Origin: Octopus vulgaris | Taxonomy: Eukaryota | Direction of reading: 5' to 3' | Length of the DNA stretch: 64,000 nt | Assembly (NCBI GenBank): GCA_951406725.2 | Contig: OX597818.1 | Span: 135,532,001-135,596,000, forward strand | Shown: piece after piece, positions 26,820 through 39,996 of the stretch | How positions within the stretch are numbered: the stretch's first letter is position 1 | How the letters are laid out: the number at the start of each line of letters is the position of its first letter | Notes under the pieces: model-generated | What the model was told of the DNA's origin: nothing | Seen by the model: only the letters and a program-made list of their open reading frames with translations | Databases searched by the model: none | Program-made: the position numbers and the translations under genes

Positions 26820-27174
26820 GGTTGCATAACTGTATAAATTCCTGTTTATAGAATACAAATTTGCCAAAATTTTCTGAAAATTCCCCGAAAAAATTAAAAA
26901 GTTATGAGGGGTTATATGCTGTGCATAAAGCAAAATTTTGCCAATATTTTATTTGTTTACAGTTGACAATCTGTGCTGTCATGCATACAATGACAGTTTC
27001 CAAATCCTGTTTTCTGACTGGATAAAAAATCAAACTTTAAACCTATGTAACTGTTTTTAAAATTTTTTTTCTAGAAAAAGTGAGTTATCACCTGAGATTC
27101 AGCATAGAAAATTACATCAATACACTAAATTTTAGAATTTTCGCAAAACACTAAAAATTTCCACAGGTGCAACC
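26820..27174. mobile_element. Probable non-autonomous DNA transposon
   Basis: Short terminal inverted match ggttgca...tgcaacc. AT-rich interior. Truncates the SINE C dimer. Confidence 0.45.
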
Positions 27175-28226
27175 AAACAGAAAAGATCCAGATTAACATT
27201 GTAGGCTAGGTATGAAAGGTTAGCTCTGGCGAGTTTGAACATACAATAGGTAGAATATTTGGGCCTGATATGGCTAGCTTAAATACTAAAGGGTTAATAT
27301 AAATCTGTTAAACCCTTTTGATACCAACCCATCGGAGATTATCCCTGGCTCTGTGGGTACAAATTTCATGATTTAACGTGATTCAAATTAAAACTGTCAG
27401 TCAAAATTTCATTTCATGTTCCAAACACTGGCTTAATACTGATAATGTTATTTTACAAGATACTTCTTTACTTTCAAAATTTCAACAGAAATATGATAAC
27501 AAAAGGATTAAATCAGCCTTCTGTTATACACAAGCAGAGTGTGGTGTGTTGGCTGGAAACTAAATAACTTCTGTGTGACATTTTTATATTGAGTCTTCTT
27601 GTGTGTGTGTGTGGAAGAGGGTTCTTTTCAACTCTCACTGCTATAAATTACAGGTATAAGAAAAAAAATAGAAAATGCATAATTTTTTTTTTTTTTTGTA
27701 AGCATGAATGAAAACCCCGCCATTACTACAATGAAATTTAACAATTCATTGCTTTTTTCTTTTCCTTTTGTATTCAACTGGGTTGTTCTTTGTATTACTT
27801 GTCCTGTTTTCCATTTTTTTCTCTCATTGTTCACGTAACCTGTTTGTTTCCATACTTCATGTTGTTTGCAGTTGGTGACGTCCTGTACCCATATATGCAT
27901 ACACACACATACACACACACACATTATAATAGAAACTCAGGCCACCATGTGAACAGCAGATGTTTGCATAGCTGGTGAACCAGCTGCCTTCTGTTGGCTG
28001 GTTGGTTGGTTTGTTGGTTGGGTACCACCTGATTATAAACTATTATATATACAAGGCTGGTGGTAGTCTCCTACTTTCATACTAATATGATTCACTGCTA
28101 CTCTTCTATTTTATAGAAAAGCTTACAGTTAAGGATCTTCTTTTCCAGTGAATGTTTCAGTATTTCTGTTATTTAAAATTAACTTGATACACTGAAGCAC
28201 TTATATGCTATTAAAAGCTATTAATA

Positions 28227-28261
<35 letters not shown>

Positions 28262-28293
28262 AAGTTATCATATTTATATATATATCACCATCA

Positions 28294-28590
28294 TCACGTG
28301 ACCGACCAGACCATCAGATGTTGTTACACATCGCTGGTCACAATGCGTTCGCATTGTTTTAGCCTTCGAATGACGCCACCCCGCTGGCTAAGCGAGCAGG
28401 CCAACAGAAGAAAGAGTGAAAGAAAGAGTGGTGAAAGAGTACAGCAGGGATCACCACCCCCTGCCGGAGCCTCGTGGAGCTTTTTAAGGTGTTTTCGCTC
28501 AATAAACACTCACAACGCCCGGTCTGGGAATCGAAACGCGATCCTACGACCGCGAGTCCGCTTCCCTAACCACTGGGCCATTGCGCCTCC
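28294..28590 (-). mobile_element. SINE family B with tail B2
   Basis: Reverse-complement match to 19895 and 25170. Confidence 0.9.
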
Positions 28591-28664
28591 ATTTATATAT
28601 ATATATATATATCATATATCATCATCATCATCATCATTTAACATCTGTTTTCCGTACTGACATG

Positions 28665-28881
28665 TACAAGGGGGCATTGAAAAGTTCCTTTAAGAATATC
28701 GTGGAAGTCCTGGTTGGATGCCCAACTATCCAAGTTCTTTTATAGGGCTTTGAAAAACTGAAGGTCCACTGCAGTAAGTGTGTGAACCTGAGAACTGAAT
28801 ATGTTGCATAAAATCATAATTGTCTGATCCTCCTGTATTTTCTTTTACCCAAAGCCAGGAACTTTTCAGCACCCCCTCATG
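28665..28881 (+). mobile_element. Mariner-derived MITE
   Basis: Imperfect TIR caagggggcattgaaaagttcct / aggaacttttcagcaccccctc. Interior translates GFEKLKVHCSKCVNLRTEYVA*, a mariner C-terminus. Confidence 0.8.
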
Positions 28882-28915
28882 CATATATAGTTATAAATAT
28901 ATGTATATATGTATC

Positions 28916-29311
28916 TGGCGTGGCTGTGTGGTAAGAAGCTTGTGTCCCAACTACATGGTTCTGAGTTCAGTCCCATTGTGTGCAAGTCTCTTCTATGTTT
29001 TCTACAATGGCCTCAGGCCAACCAAGTGTCTTCTGCTATAGCCTCAGGCTGACCAAAGCCTTGTGAGTGGATTTGGTAGATGGAAACTGAAAGAAGCCTG
29101 TCATATGTGTGTGTGTTTGTCCCCCAACTGTTGTTTGACAACTGATGCCGATCTGTTTATGTCCCCATAACTTAACAGTTCAGCAAAAGAGACTGATAGA
29201 ATAAGTACTAGGCTTACAAAGAATAAGTCCTGGGGTCAAGTTCTTCAACTAAAACCCGCATGGTCGCATTCAAATGACTGAAACAAGTAAAAGAATTAAA
29301 GAACAAAAGAA
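28916..29311 (+). mobile_element. SINE family A, older, with short internal duplication
   Basis: Matches family A. The caagt.tcttct...gcctcaggc segment occurs twice. Confidence 0.82.
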
Positions 29312-29833
29312 TATGCTGATTTACCAAAAGTGATAAATTACAGTACTCAATACAAGTGTATAGTAGTCTTTAATACATTATGACTGAAAGGCTCCTATTC
29401 CCAGTATTCTGAGTTAGTTTTTTCCACTAATCTGTTTCCTTTTGAAATATTCACTGAAATATGAAATGAAAGGTTATCTTTATGTCTTTCTGTTTATAAA
29501 AAGGAAACCTTGTGTGTGACACATCCAAAAACAGCTGCTTGGAACTCATAATTTTTTTGATTTCATTTCTGGTTCTCATGGGAGTAGTCTAAATGTCTTA
29601 AACTCCATTCATACAAGCAAAGTGACTAATAATTTTACTTGTGAAATTGTATTGTTATTCAAATAATGACTTAATGTAACAGTTATATGTAATACCTTTA
29701 GTACATATTTTCTGTGGTTGTGTAGATGCATACATATATATATATATATATGGAAAGTTTACGAAAAAAACAAAAGACGGTGGTGTACAAAACAAACAGA
29801 TGTATTAGTATAACGCTCAGGAATAGAAAAAGT

Positions 29834-29869
29834 CTTTTACGTTTCGAGCCTATGCTCTTCTACAGAAAG
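29834..29869 (-). ncRNA. Minimal type I hammerhead-like motif with A6U core deviation, in a probable Penelope-like fragment (about 29750-29925)
   Basis: CUUU-CUGUAGA-A-GAGC-AUAG-GCUC-GAAA-CG-UA^AAAG. Stem I 4 bp, stem II 4 bp, palindromic ACGU stem III. Confidence 0.55.
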
Positions 29870-29929
29870 GTACACAGAAAAAACAAGGAAAGAAAAAAAT
29901 GTGTGTAGTGGCTAACAATCTATCATGTG

Positions 29930-29960
<31 letters not shown>

Positions 29961-30279
29961 TTATATGCACATATATGATTATATTTGCATGCATACATAA
30001 TCATATATATGTATGCATATATACACATATGCACACATACATGTTAAGCATATATTAGACATTTTGAAATCAATGTTTTTCTGACCCTGAATGAAATTCA
30101 AGCAGGCTGGTATTTATATAAAAGATACTTGGCTCCGTGTATACATGGCAGTAACAACTCCATTCTTTTATCCTGTTGTTACTACCTTGAGTCGTAATTC
30201 TTAATTTTTCACTTAACCAAAGGTCGCACCATATTTTTTATTTGAAGCTACTGTTCCTGTATGGTTGCACCCTATCTTA

Positions 30280-30565
30280 TTCAGCTCATGATCATAAGGT
30301 CATGAGGTCAATTCCCAGCGATGCAGTGTGTCCTTGAGCAAGACATTTTATTTCACATTGCTCCAGTTCACTCAGCTGGCAAAAATGAGTAGTGCCTGTA
30401 TTTCAAAGGACCAGCTTTGTCACATACTGTGTCATGCTGAATCTCCTTGAGAGCTACTTTAAGTGTACACATGTCTGTGGAGTGCTCAGCCACATTAACG
30501 TTAGAGCAGGCTGTTCCACTGTTGGATCAACTGGAACCCTCATCGTCATAACTGACAGAGTGCCA
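30280..30565 (+). mobile_element. Old SINE with CORE-like body (as at 12090) and tail B1
   Basis: gtgtccttgagcaagacat...cactcagctggcaaaaatgagta joined to cctgtatttcaaagg...gtggagtgctcagccac...ggaaccctcatcgtc. Confidence 0.8.
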
Positions 30566-31140
30566 ATGCACCCTATCTACAATTAACTGGGAAATTTTGA
30601 ATTCGTGAGGACTTGTCTCACAAAAGATCCATATAAATTTTAACAAAGCTGTAGTGCATTTTCTTTCAAGGCCAACAAATGAATGTCTGCGCTTATAAAA
30701 ATGCTTTTCAAACAGGAGTTCTGTTGCCCCAATATATATTCTAAGTTCATCTTTGCTGTTTGTTTCTACCTTGGTTCTGTATACTATCTACTTTGCCAGA
30801 CAGTTACCATCTAGTGGGCAGTTCTCACAAATTCACAAACACATAATTATTATATGTTTAATATGTATGTTGTGTGTGTCTGTGCATGTATGCAATCGTG
30901 TATATGTGCATACATATATAAATTACATGTATGTTATTTTCAAAGAATGTATATATGTATTGTAATATTTTGTGACAACCAGTACTTAACACAACAAAGC
31001 TTTTACATTTTACTTTTGACAATCTTTTTCTAAAGAAAGTGAAACTGGTCAAGTGAATAAACATCTTTTAAAATTGCGTTTTCAAACTTTCATTCATATA
31101 TATTTCCACTCATGTGGTACCTTACAACTTCACTTTGTTA

Positions 31141-31183
<43 letters not shown>

Positions 31184-32255
31184 GTGTGTGTTTGTGTGTG
31201 TGCATACGTATGTATATATGCATCTACACAGGTGCACACAAAAAGCACATATGCACTGACATTCATTGCTTTAGAAAGTAGTATTTTAAGACATCTCTTA
31301 AACAAAACAATGCAATTGTTATGAAAATTGTTAGAGTAAATTCACTCATACGAAGTTTAAGTCTTTGGCATATTCCCATGAGAACCAGAAATGAAATCAG
31401 AAATGTGAGCTTGAACTAGCTATTATTCCATGTGTCACTAACCAGGTTTTCAACAACTGATTATACTTGCTGTCTGTGTTGCTTCCAATATAATAGTTGA
31501 ATTCATGTAGACTTTCCCTGCTAAAGGATTTTTTTTTCACCATTCATCTCATAATTCAGCAGTCGCATGCTAATTTGTTTGTTATGGTTAAAGTTTTTAC
31601 TGCTAAGTTTTCATACCAATAGCCATTTGTTATGGTCTATGCATGTTGTAAATACTCACCTGTTTCAAAGCAAAGAAATATTCCCAATGGCCTGACATGT
31701 TTTCACAAAAGATTACATACAAATGAAGGCCGCCTCATATATCTTGGCGGCATTCATTTACAAAATGTTTTCAAGACAAGAAGACACAAACACGTGAGCA
31801 TGCATGCACACACACACACACACACACACATACACAGATAATATATCATCATCATCCTCATTTAACATCCAGCTGGCATGGGCTAAGTGGATTGACAGGA
31901 TCCAACATATCAGAAGCGTGTATCATGCTCCAATGTCTGCATTGACATGGTTTGAATGACTGGAAGCACTTCTAACACCAGCCACTTTACAACATATATA
32001 TAATAAATATGTAAGTACGTGTGTGTGTGTATGTATGTATATTTCCCTCTCTCTCTTTCGGAGAGGCACTGAACAGCTATACGCACACATACACACACGG
32101 CAGTAACTTCCACCTACCGAATTCAATCACAAAGCTCCGGTCGGCTCGAGGCTATAGTGGAAGACACCTACCCAAAGTGCCACGCAGTGGGACTGAACCC
32201 AAAACTATGTAGCTAGGAAGCAAGCTCCCTAACCACACAGCCATGCCTGCGCCTA

Positions 32256-32293
<38 letters not shown>

Positions 32294-33254
32294 CATCATC
32301 ATCATCATCATCATCATGGTTTGACATTTGCTTTCCATGCTGGCATGGGTTGGACAGTTTGACATGCAGCTGGCTTGCAGATAGCTGTCCAAATTCCAAT
32401 TGTCTGCTGTGGCATATGCCACGCGGATTACTCGTTTTTGCCATCTGAGTGGATTGGAGCAACATGAGATGAAGTGTTTTGCTCAATAACACAATGCATC
32501 AGCCACTCCTAGAATCAAAGTCACAATCTTGTGTAAAAAACTTAACCACTACATCACATACCAACACGTGCATGCACACACATGCACACACACACATACA
32601 CACACACACACACACACATGTATATATCAAAGACAGACATTTTTTTGTTAATCTCCACTAAGTCCACTATAGGCATAGGAGTGGCTGTGTGGTAAGTAGC
32701 TTGCTTACGAACCACATGGTTCGGGGTTCAGTCCTACTGCGTGGCGCCTTGGGCAAGTGTCTTCTACTATAACCTCAGGCCGACTAAAGCCATGTGAGAC
32801 CAAACTGATAGTTTGGTAACTGGCTAAAATAAACATTAAAAACCAAAAGGAGAAAATAAACAGCTTTGCGAGTTTAACTCAGTGTTTATTGAACAAGAGA
32901 GGTACAAAATTTAAGAAGCAACTCGTCAGAATATACATGTCTGTGAGGAGACATAAACAAGAATAGCAAAAATCTATTATACCAAAAGAACTGGTAATAC
33001 ATATATTACAGGTGTTCTATGAAGCGAACATAAGATTGTTGCACAATTCAACATGAATGTGTAACGACATTAAACATCGTATAAGGTAAAAGAAGGTTTC
33101 TGTAGGAATGCTACGTCATATTCACTTAGTGAGTTTACATGCACAAGGATGAATTATGATGTTGTCGACATTAGGTGCAGTAAGAGCTGGTAGCAGCGAT
33201 GTTGGCAGTGATGAATTTCATTGTCTTAACATGGAGAAAGCAAGCAATATATAT

Positions 33255-33690
33255 ACTCATTCTCATTTATTCTCATTTACTTGTTTCAGTCATTTGACTG
33301 TGGCCATGCTGGAGCACTGCCTTTAGTCGAGGAAATTGATCCCAGGACTTATTCTTTGTAAGCCTAGTACTTATTCTGTCAGTCTCTTTTGCCGAACCGC
33401 TAAGTTACGGGGATGTAAACACACCAGCATCAGTTGTCAAGCGATGTTGGAGGAAACAAACACAACACACACACACACACATACACACATATATCATCAT
33501 CATCATCATCATCGTTTAACGTCCGTTTTCCACGCTAGCACAGGTTGGACGGTATATATATACATACATATATACGACGGGCTTCTTTCAGTTTCCGTCT
33601 ACCAAATCCACTCACAAGCCTCTAGTTGGCCCGAGGCTATAGAAGACACTTGCCCAAGGTGCCACGCAGTGGGACTGAACCCGGAACCAT
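33255..33690 (-). mobile_element. SINE family A containing a ~50-bp family D 3' fragment
   Basis: Reverse-complement family A. (cat)n-cgtttaacgtcc insert at about 33493-33552. Partial A heads also at about 32110-32255 (-) and 32671-32798 (+). Confidence 0.85.
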
Positions 33691-34951
33691 CTATTATTAT
33701 TGTTAATATTGTACTTTTCATCCTGTGTTTGTCCTTACATGTTTTTGATTTATGTTAGCCCTTGTGGCCAATAAAACCAGAATTAATTATTATTATTGTT
33801 GAACAAGAATATTATTGACAGTGACTTCAAAGTTTTGGCCAGCTAAGTCATCATCAGTCTTCAAAACTATAGAGTAACCCATCAGATTAATGTAAAATTG
33901 TTTTTATTATAAACATAAAAACAAACATTAGTGTGTGTGTATGCGTGACAGGTTTCTTTCAATTTCTATCTACCAAACGTTACAAGCATAGATTGAAAGA
34001 TATACATATTCAGCTATAAGAAGGCTCATATCTTCAAGATAAGTTCAAACTAGAATCAACTACACTGTTACTATAGCTTCAATCATCATCATCATCATTA
34101 CTATCATCTAATTTACTGTCTATTTTTCTTAGTTTACATCAGTTTGTAGCTCCAACTGTTTTATACCATCTCCATAGAAAGTTGGTGATGTGTGTGTGCG
34201 TGATAATCACAGTGAGAATTTGAACACTACATGTGCTTCCTAATCATCAGTCTCCATTATGTGAATGCTAAAATGGATTTAGTGGATAAGCTATCATAAT
34301 AAATACATTAGTGACATTCAATGAAAATTCTTGTTGACATCATTTAAACTCAAAATCTCACAGTTCCACTTCTTTGCTGCTAGTTGTTAGCTATACACTT
34401 TTTACACTATAACTTTCAAAGTCTAGGAAAATTCTGCAGTTTCTTTCTATTAGTAAAATATAAGAAATTATATATTTTGATACTCACCGTCATAACTATT
34501 TTAGGAAACAGTGAAATTCGAGATTGGTAAATGTTGATAGTTTGAAAGTATTTTGGCAAAATGTAAAATAAATATGACAAATATGTTACTAAAAAGACAT
34601 TTTAGTTATATACATTTCTTAATGTATATAACCATATTAACCATTATACAGACCATAAATATTATATATTCCTTAAGAGATATCTAGCAAAATCTTAACA
34701 CTAGCACCTTCACAGCAAGTTAATTGTAATATATAAGATATTTGGCAGTTACTTTTTGTACATCTGTTATAATAAATACTGTTACCCATGATACTCATTG
34801 ATTTCTTCCGCATTTCTTTGTTGCCATCAATGTTCGGCAGAACTGCTTTAACATTATAATTCTTTGTTTATAAGGGATGTAAACAAAGGCCACTGCTGCT
34901 CAAGCATTGTCAGTGTGAAGATTCACACACGTACACACACAAACTCTTTGT

Positions 34952-34982
<31 letters not shown>

Positions 34983-35017
34983 CTATAAGATTGTGTGTGT
35001 AGGTAGACTTCTATATA

Positions 35018-35239
35018 TATTTCTTTACTACCCACAAGGGGCTAAACACAGAGGGGACAAACAAGGACAGACAAACGGATTAAGTCAATTACATCAACCC
35101 CAGTATGTAACTGGTACTTAATTTATCGACCCCCGAAAGGATGAAAGGCGAAGTTGACCTTGGCGGAATTTGAACTCAGAACGCAGCGGCGGACGAAATA
35201 CCACAAAGCATTTCGCCCAGCACGTTAACATTTCTGCCA
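35018..35239 (-). mobile_element. SINE family C monomer
   Basis: Same body as the array unit plus most of the head. Confidence 0.88.
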
Positions 35240-36049
35240 TCTCTATATAGCTTGCATCTACTAAATTTTCACTCTCAATGCATTTGTCAATCTGAGGCTT
35301 TAGAAGATGACACTGGTCCAAGGTACCATGCTGTAGGATAGAACCTGAAACCATATCGTTGCAAAGCAAGCTTTGTAACCACACAAGATATTTCACAAAC
35401 TCGCCATTTGATTTATCATTGCCAGTACAAACCCTCCCCAGTTTCCCCTGATTCCATATTGCACCATTCCATATCTCCCCTCCTCATCTTCTCTTCCATC
35501 CCTTCTAGCATGTCTCACCAGAACTTTCATTGATCTAATAGGAAGAAATATTAAGTAGAGATTCAGGTTTCATTTATCATAAAACAAGATTTATTCAACA
35601 AAAGGAAAATCAATGTATCTCTAGTTTCTCCTAAGTTAGTCAGAATCAGTGTCACGCTAAACATCAGAAGAATATATTATCATATCTGAATAAACCTAAG
35701 TCTTCATTTAAACTCCAGCTTCTTCAATATCACAATAGGCTGCACGTCTGTCTATAATTTTTCAGCTTCTGTCATCCTTTTATGCACTAACAAAGAATTC
35801 AGTGTCTTCTACATCTAGAATCACCTGACATACTACTTTTCAAGGATTCATCCTGATTTTAAGACAATAGTACTGATGTCTCTTTGGGAGAATTATTTGT
35901 GCCAATGTTTTAATTTTATTTTAATTTCAAAAGTAAGTTATGTTTTCAAAAAAATATTTTGCAGTTCTTATGTTTTAAAAAGTTTTGCTGTCTACAATAT
36001 TTTAGCTTTTAGAACATACAGCATTGATTAAAAATTGGTTTAATCAGTT

Positions 36050-37112
36050 TTCATTTCAAAAGGAAACTCTGCAGTCAAAGTGACACAAAACATACACTCA
36101 GTTTATGGGAAAGAATGTTTGAATGAAAGAACTTGCAGAAGATGGTTTGCAAAATTCAGAAGTGGAGATTTCAGCCTTGAAGATGAAGATCGAACAGGAC
36201 GTCCGGTTGAGTTTGATGATAAGCTCCTTGAGGCATTACTTGAAGAAAATCCTGCATTATCAGTTGAAGAATTGGCAATAAAGCTTACAATAAACCATAC
36301 AACAGTTTGTCATCTTCAACTACTTGGAAAAGTTCCTAAACTTGGAAAATGAGTGCCTCATGAATTGTTTGAAAGCAACCATGAATCCCGAGTTTACATC
36401 TGCTCTTCTCTCTGTTCTCGTGAACTCATTTCATCCTTTTTGGATAGACTTGTGACTGATGATGAAAAATGATTCTTCTATCAAAATGTTAAACGTCGTA
36501 AACAGTGGCTTGGTAAAAGGGAAAAAGCTCAACCACAACTGAGAAGGGAACTTCATGAGAAAAAGGTTCTTCTCTCTATCTGGTGGAATTGCAAAGGAGC
36601 AATTCACTTTAAAGTGTTGCCACCTAATGCAACAATCAATGCTTAAGTCTACTGTCAGCAATTAGAGCGTTTGAAACCAAGTTTTGAAGGAAAAAAAGAC
36701 CTGCTTTAGTGAATTGAAAGGTAGTGATGTTTCATCAGGACAATGCATGACCCCTCACTGCAAAGATCACATCACAGAAAATTGAAGAGCTTGGTTGGGA
36801 AAAAATTCCTCATCCACCTTATTCTCCCAACCTTGCTTCTTCAGACTACCATTTGTTTCGTAGTTTACAGAATCATTTGGAGGACATAACTTTCGCAAGC
36901 CAGGAGGAGGTTGAAACTGACATTTCAGAGTTCTTCGCTTTGAAACCAAAAGAGTTTTACATGGATGGGATTATAAAGCTTGTAAATAGTTGGAAGGAAG
37001 TCATAGATAATCAGGGAAAGTACATTGATGATTAAATTTCAATTAAATATAACATTTGATCACTTACTTTCTTTATTCAAAATTTGGACAGAACTTATGG
37101 GATGACCTGATA
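36050..37112 (+). pseudogene. Mariner (DD34D) transposase relic with probable right TIR
   Basis: ERTCRRWFAKFRSGDFSLEDEDRTGRP HTH, *VPHEL, VTDDEK*, HQDNA*PL, HPPYSPNLASSDYHLFRSLQN, WKEVIDNQGKYIDD*. Many stops and frameshifts. TIR-like end ggacagaacttatgggatgacctgata; left TIR not found. Confidence 0.93.
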
Positions 37113-37221
37113 GCTCATTTTCTTTCTTGTAAAATTTTACATGAGAACACATATTTGTTTTTATGTATCTTCTATTCCTTTCATCCTATAGATGTACAGA
37201 CACACAGATGGTGAGCTTTAT

Positions 37222-37466
37222 TATATAATATATATATATATATATCTATAAATATATATATATGCATACATACATATATATGTGTGTGTGTATATATATA
37301 TATATATATACATACATACATATATATACATACATATGTATACATACATACATACATATATATGTATACATACATATATATATATATATATATACACATA
37401 CATATATATATACATACATACATATATACACATACATACATACATACATATATATATATACACATA
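37222..37466. repeat. Compound (TA)n/(TACA)n microsatellite
   Basis: Seen directly. It is the longest of many TA, CA, GA, CAT and GTT tracts (others at 2720-2800, 25055-25170, 26385-26511, 45645-45710, 55830-55908). Confidence 0.95.
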
Positions 37467-37534
37467 CATTGACACACTATCTGTGCCCTATCAGTATTTG
37501 CAAAGGGAAGTCATCATTCCCATCTCCAGCCTGA

Positions 37535-37579
37535 CACACGGACCCAAGTTTCTGGGTATTGACCCGTCATCAGCGTGTG
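37535..37579 (-). ncRNA. Type I hammerhead ribozyme motif, probably from a Penelope-like element end
   Basis: CACACG-CUGAUGA-C-GGGU-CAAU-ACCC-A-GAAA-CUUGGG-UC^CGUGUG. Intact core boxes, 6-bp stem I, 4-bp stem II, GUC cleavage triplet. Confidence 0.75.
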
Positions 37580-37782
37580 ACAACCACCAGTTGGGAAGTC
37601 ATTCTCAATGCAAATATATATACTTTTTCCAGTGACGAAAAGTCACTGATCTTGAAAAAGTGGAAACAAGCGATAATAAATCTCTGAGCGAGATATAAAC
37701 AGTACCATGTGTGTATGTGTGTATATATATATATACACACACACATGCATACATGTATATATGTATATATATATATAGTTCT

Positions 37783-38345
37783 ATCATCATCGTTTAATGT
37801 ACGCTTTCCATGCTAGCATGGGCTGGACGATTTGACTGAGGTCTGGTGAACCAGATGGCTGCACCAGACTCCAATCTGATCTGGCAGAGTTTCTACAGCT
37901 GGATGCCCTTCCTAACACCAACCACTCCAAGAGTGTTGTGGGTGCTTTTACATGCCATGGGCACGAGGGCCAGTCAGGCGGTACTGGCAATGGTCACGCT
38001 CAGATGGTGCTTTTTATGTGCCACCTGCACAGGAGCCAGTCCAGCAGCACTGGCAATGACCTCATTTCGAATGTTTTTCATGTGCCGCCAGCACAGGTGC
38101 TAGTAAGGCGACACAGGTAACGATCATGCTTGAATGGTGTTTTTTAACATGCCATCGGCACGGAGGCCAGCTTGTTGCTCTGACAACGATCTAACTCGTA
38201 TGGTACTCTTAGCGCCCCACTAGCACAGGTGCCAGTCATTGAATTTGATTTCAATTCCGATTCACTTGCCTCAACAAGTCTTCACAAGCAGTGTTTAGTG
38301 TCCAATGAAGGAAAGGCACGCATAAGTGAACTGGTTACACCCCTG
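37783..38345 (-). mobile_element. Family D (RTE-type 3' end), long diverged copy
   Basis: About six internal units. Its 5' part matches 1020-1200. Confidence 0.8.
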
Positions 38346-39856
38346 GCATAGTCTCATGTGGTTGGCTTTGGCTTCCTGGATTCTGTAACTTATATATTAC
38401 CTGCCTGGATAGGATGCTGGTCTGTTGCAGGATTACTCATTTTTGCCAGCTGAGTGGACTGGAGCAACATAAAGTGAAGTGTTTTGCTCTAGAACACATC
38501 ACTTTGTCTTGAAACCACAATTTTACAACCCTGAGTGCAGCACACTGACCACTAAGCTATGTACCTCCACGCAAACACAACATACATACATGTACACGTG
38601 TATGTGTGTGTGTGTGCGTGCATCTGTGTTTGTGTGTGAGTGCATGTGTGTATGTCTGCGAGTGTTTTATAGAGTTTGTAAACAGAGATGCCTCCCTGTC
38701 CTGGTTGTATATTAAAAAACATATTGTCATCCTAACTACATTACATATGTACATACTTTTTGTTTTAAGATTTTACTGTTTGTATCTGAAGAGACTCATA
38801 CAAATATCACTGCTATTTCAACACCAAATATTTTCTCGTCTCTTGTTTTAGCTGATTAATTATATCAACCTAACTACTTATTCTCTTTTATCACATAAAT
38901 AAATAAATAAATACATACACATAGTTGATTAAAGTTCTTGTTTGAAGCAAGCATAAAAAACCATCTGTTTGACTTCGTCACTCACAAACTGTCGCCTGAT
39001 ATAATTTACTAATCAACCATTTCTGCAATAATGAACCTACCAGCTACGGTAAATTGTTAGAGGACATCATGAACGGTCTCAAGCAATTCTTATTTAAAAA
39101 TAGAGAGTGATGTATAGCTGAAAATATCTGCATCAGGTATATATGTGTGTGTGTGTGTGTGTGTATGTATCCTCTAAAGAAACTAGGCTATTGAATGACA
39201 GCAACGTTCAAATATGTAATGTTACCCCAACTACTTTCACTTGATAATTAACGAATCATAAGTATCACTGCATTGTAGAAATATTCTTCATTTTATTAGT
39301 ACTTTCTCCTTCCTCAATTACCAAAACCAATTTAGGATAACAGTCTTCTATACGCAGGAAATAGGATTATTTTCCTTGTGATTCCTTAGGGCATATTTGG
39401 TCCATTTTCTGTAATTCTCATTTACTCCAGTTCAATATGTTTTCATCATAAAGTTAACAAGAAATAATAGGGATTATATAAAGTAACCCAAGTTATGCAT
39501 TATTATTATTGTTATTTGTTGTTGTTGTTGTTTTTGTTTAGCCTCAGGTCACCTTGGTTTGCACATACTTACAATCAAAAGTCTTCCAACTGTTACTATC
39601 CACATTTATTGGATGGTAACAGCTGGAATATATATGGAATATATATGTTGTAGCAGTTAGTATTGGTGGGCTACAGCCATTGTTTAGCTCCAGGTAAGTC
39701 TTGAACCAGCAGACCTATGATCAAAGGTATTCCAGTTGTGACTATCCCATCTTTTATACCTGGCGTCACCAAACTTTTTTCACGGTGGGCCAGATAATTG
39801 TGAGAATGATGCGCACGGGTCACATAACCATTTTGTTCAATACAATGCAGTGAATA

Positions 39857-39996
39857 CATCATCATCGTTTAACGTCCGTTTTCCATGCTAGCATGGGTTG
39901 GACGGTTCAACTGGGGTCTGGAAAGCCAGAAGGCTGCGCCAGGCCCAGTCTGATCTGGCAGTGTTTCTACGGCTGGATGCCCTTACTAATGCCAAC
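39857..39996 (-). mobile_element. Family D 3' fragment
   Basis: (cat)n-cgtttaacgtccgttttccatgctagc. Confidence 0.8.

Noticed and set aside
34483-34540. Minus-strand ATGACG|GTGAGT possible micro start exon
   Set aside because: Good donor but no other support, and such matches are expected by chance in 64 kb.
37181-37635. Stack of Y/I/C/V/H/T-rich ORFs, and similar ones elsewhere
   Set aside because: Translations of TA/CA microsatellites.
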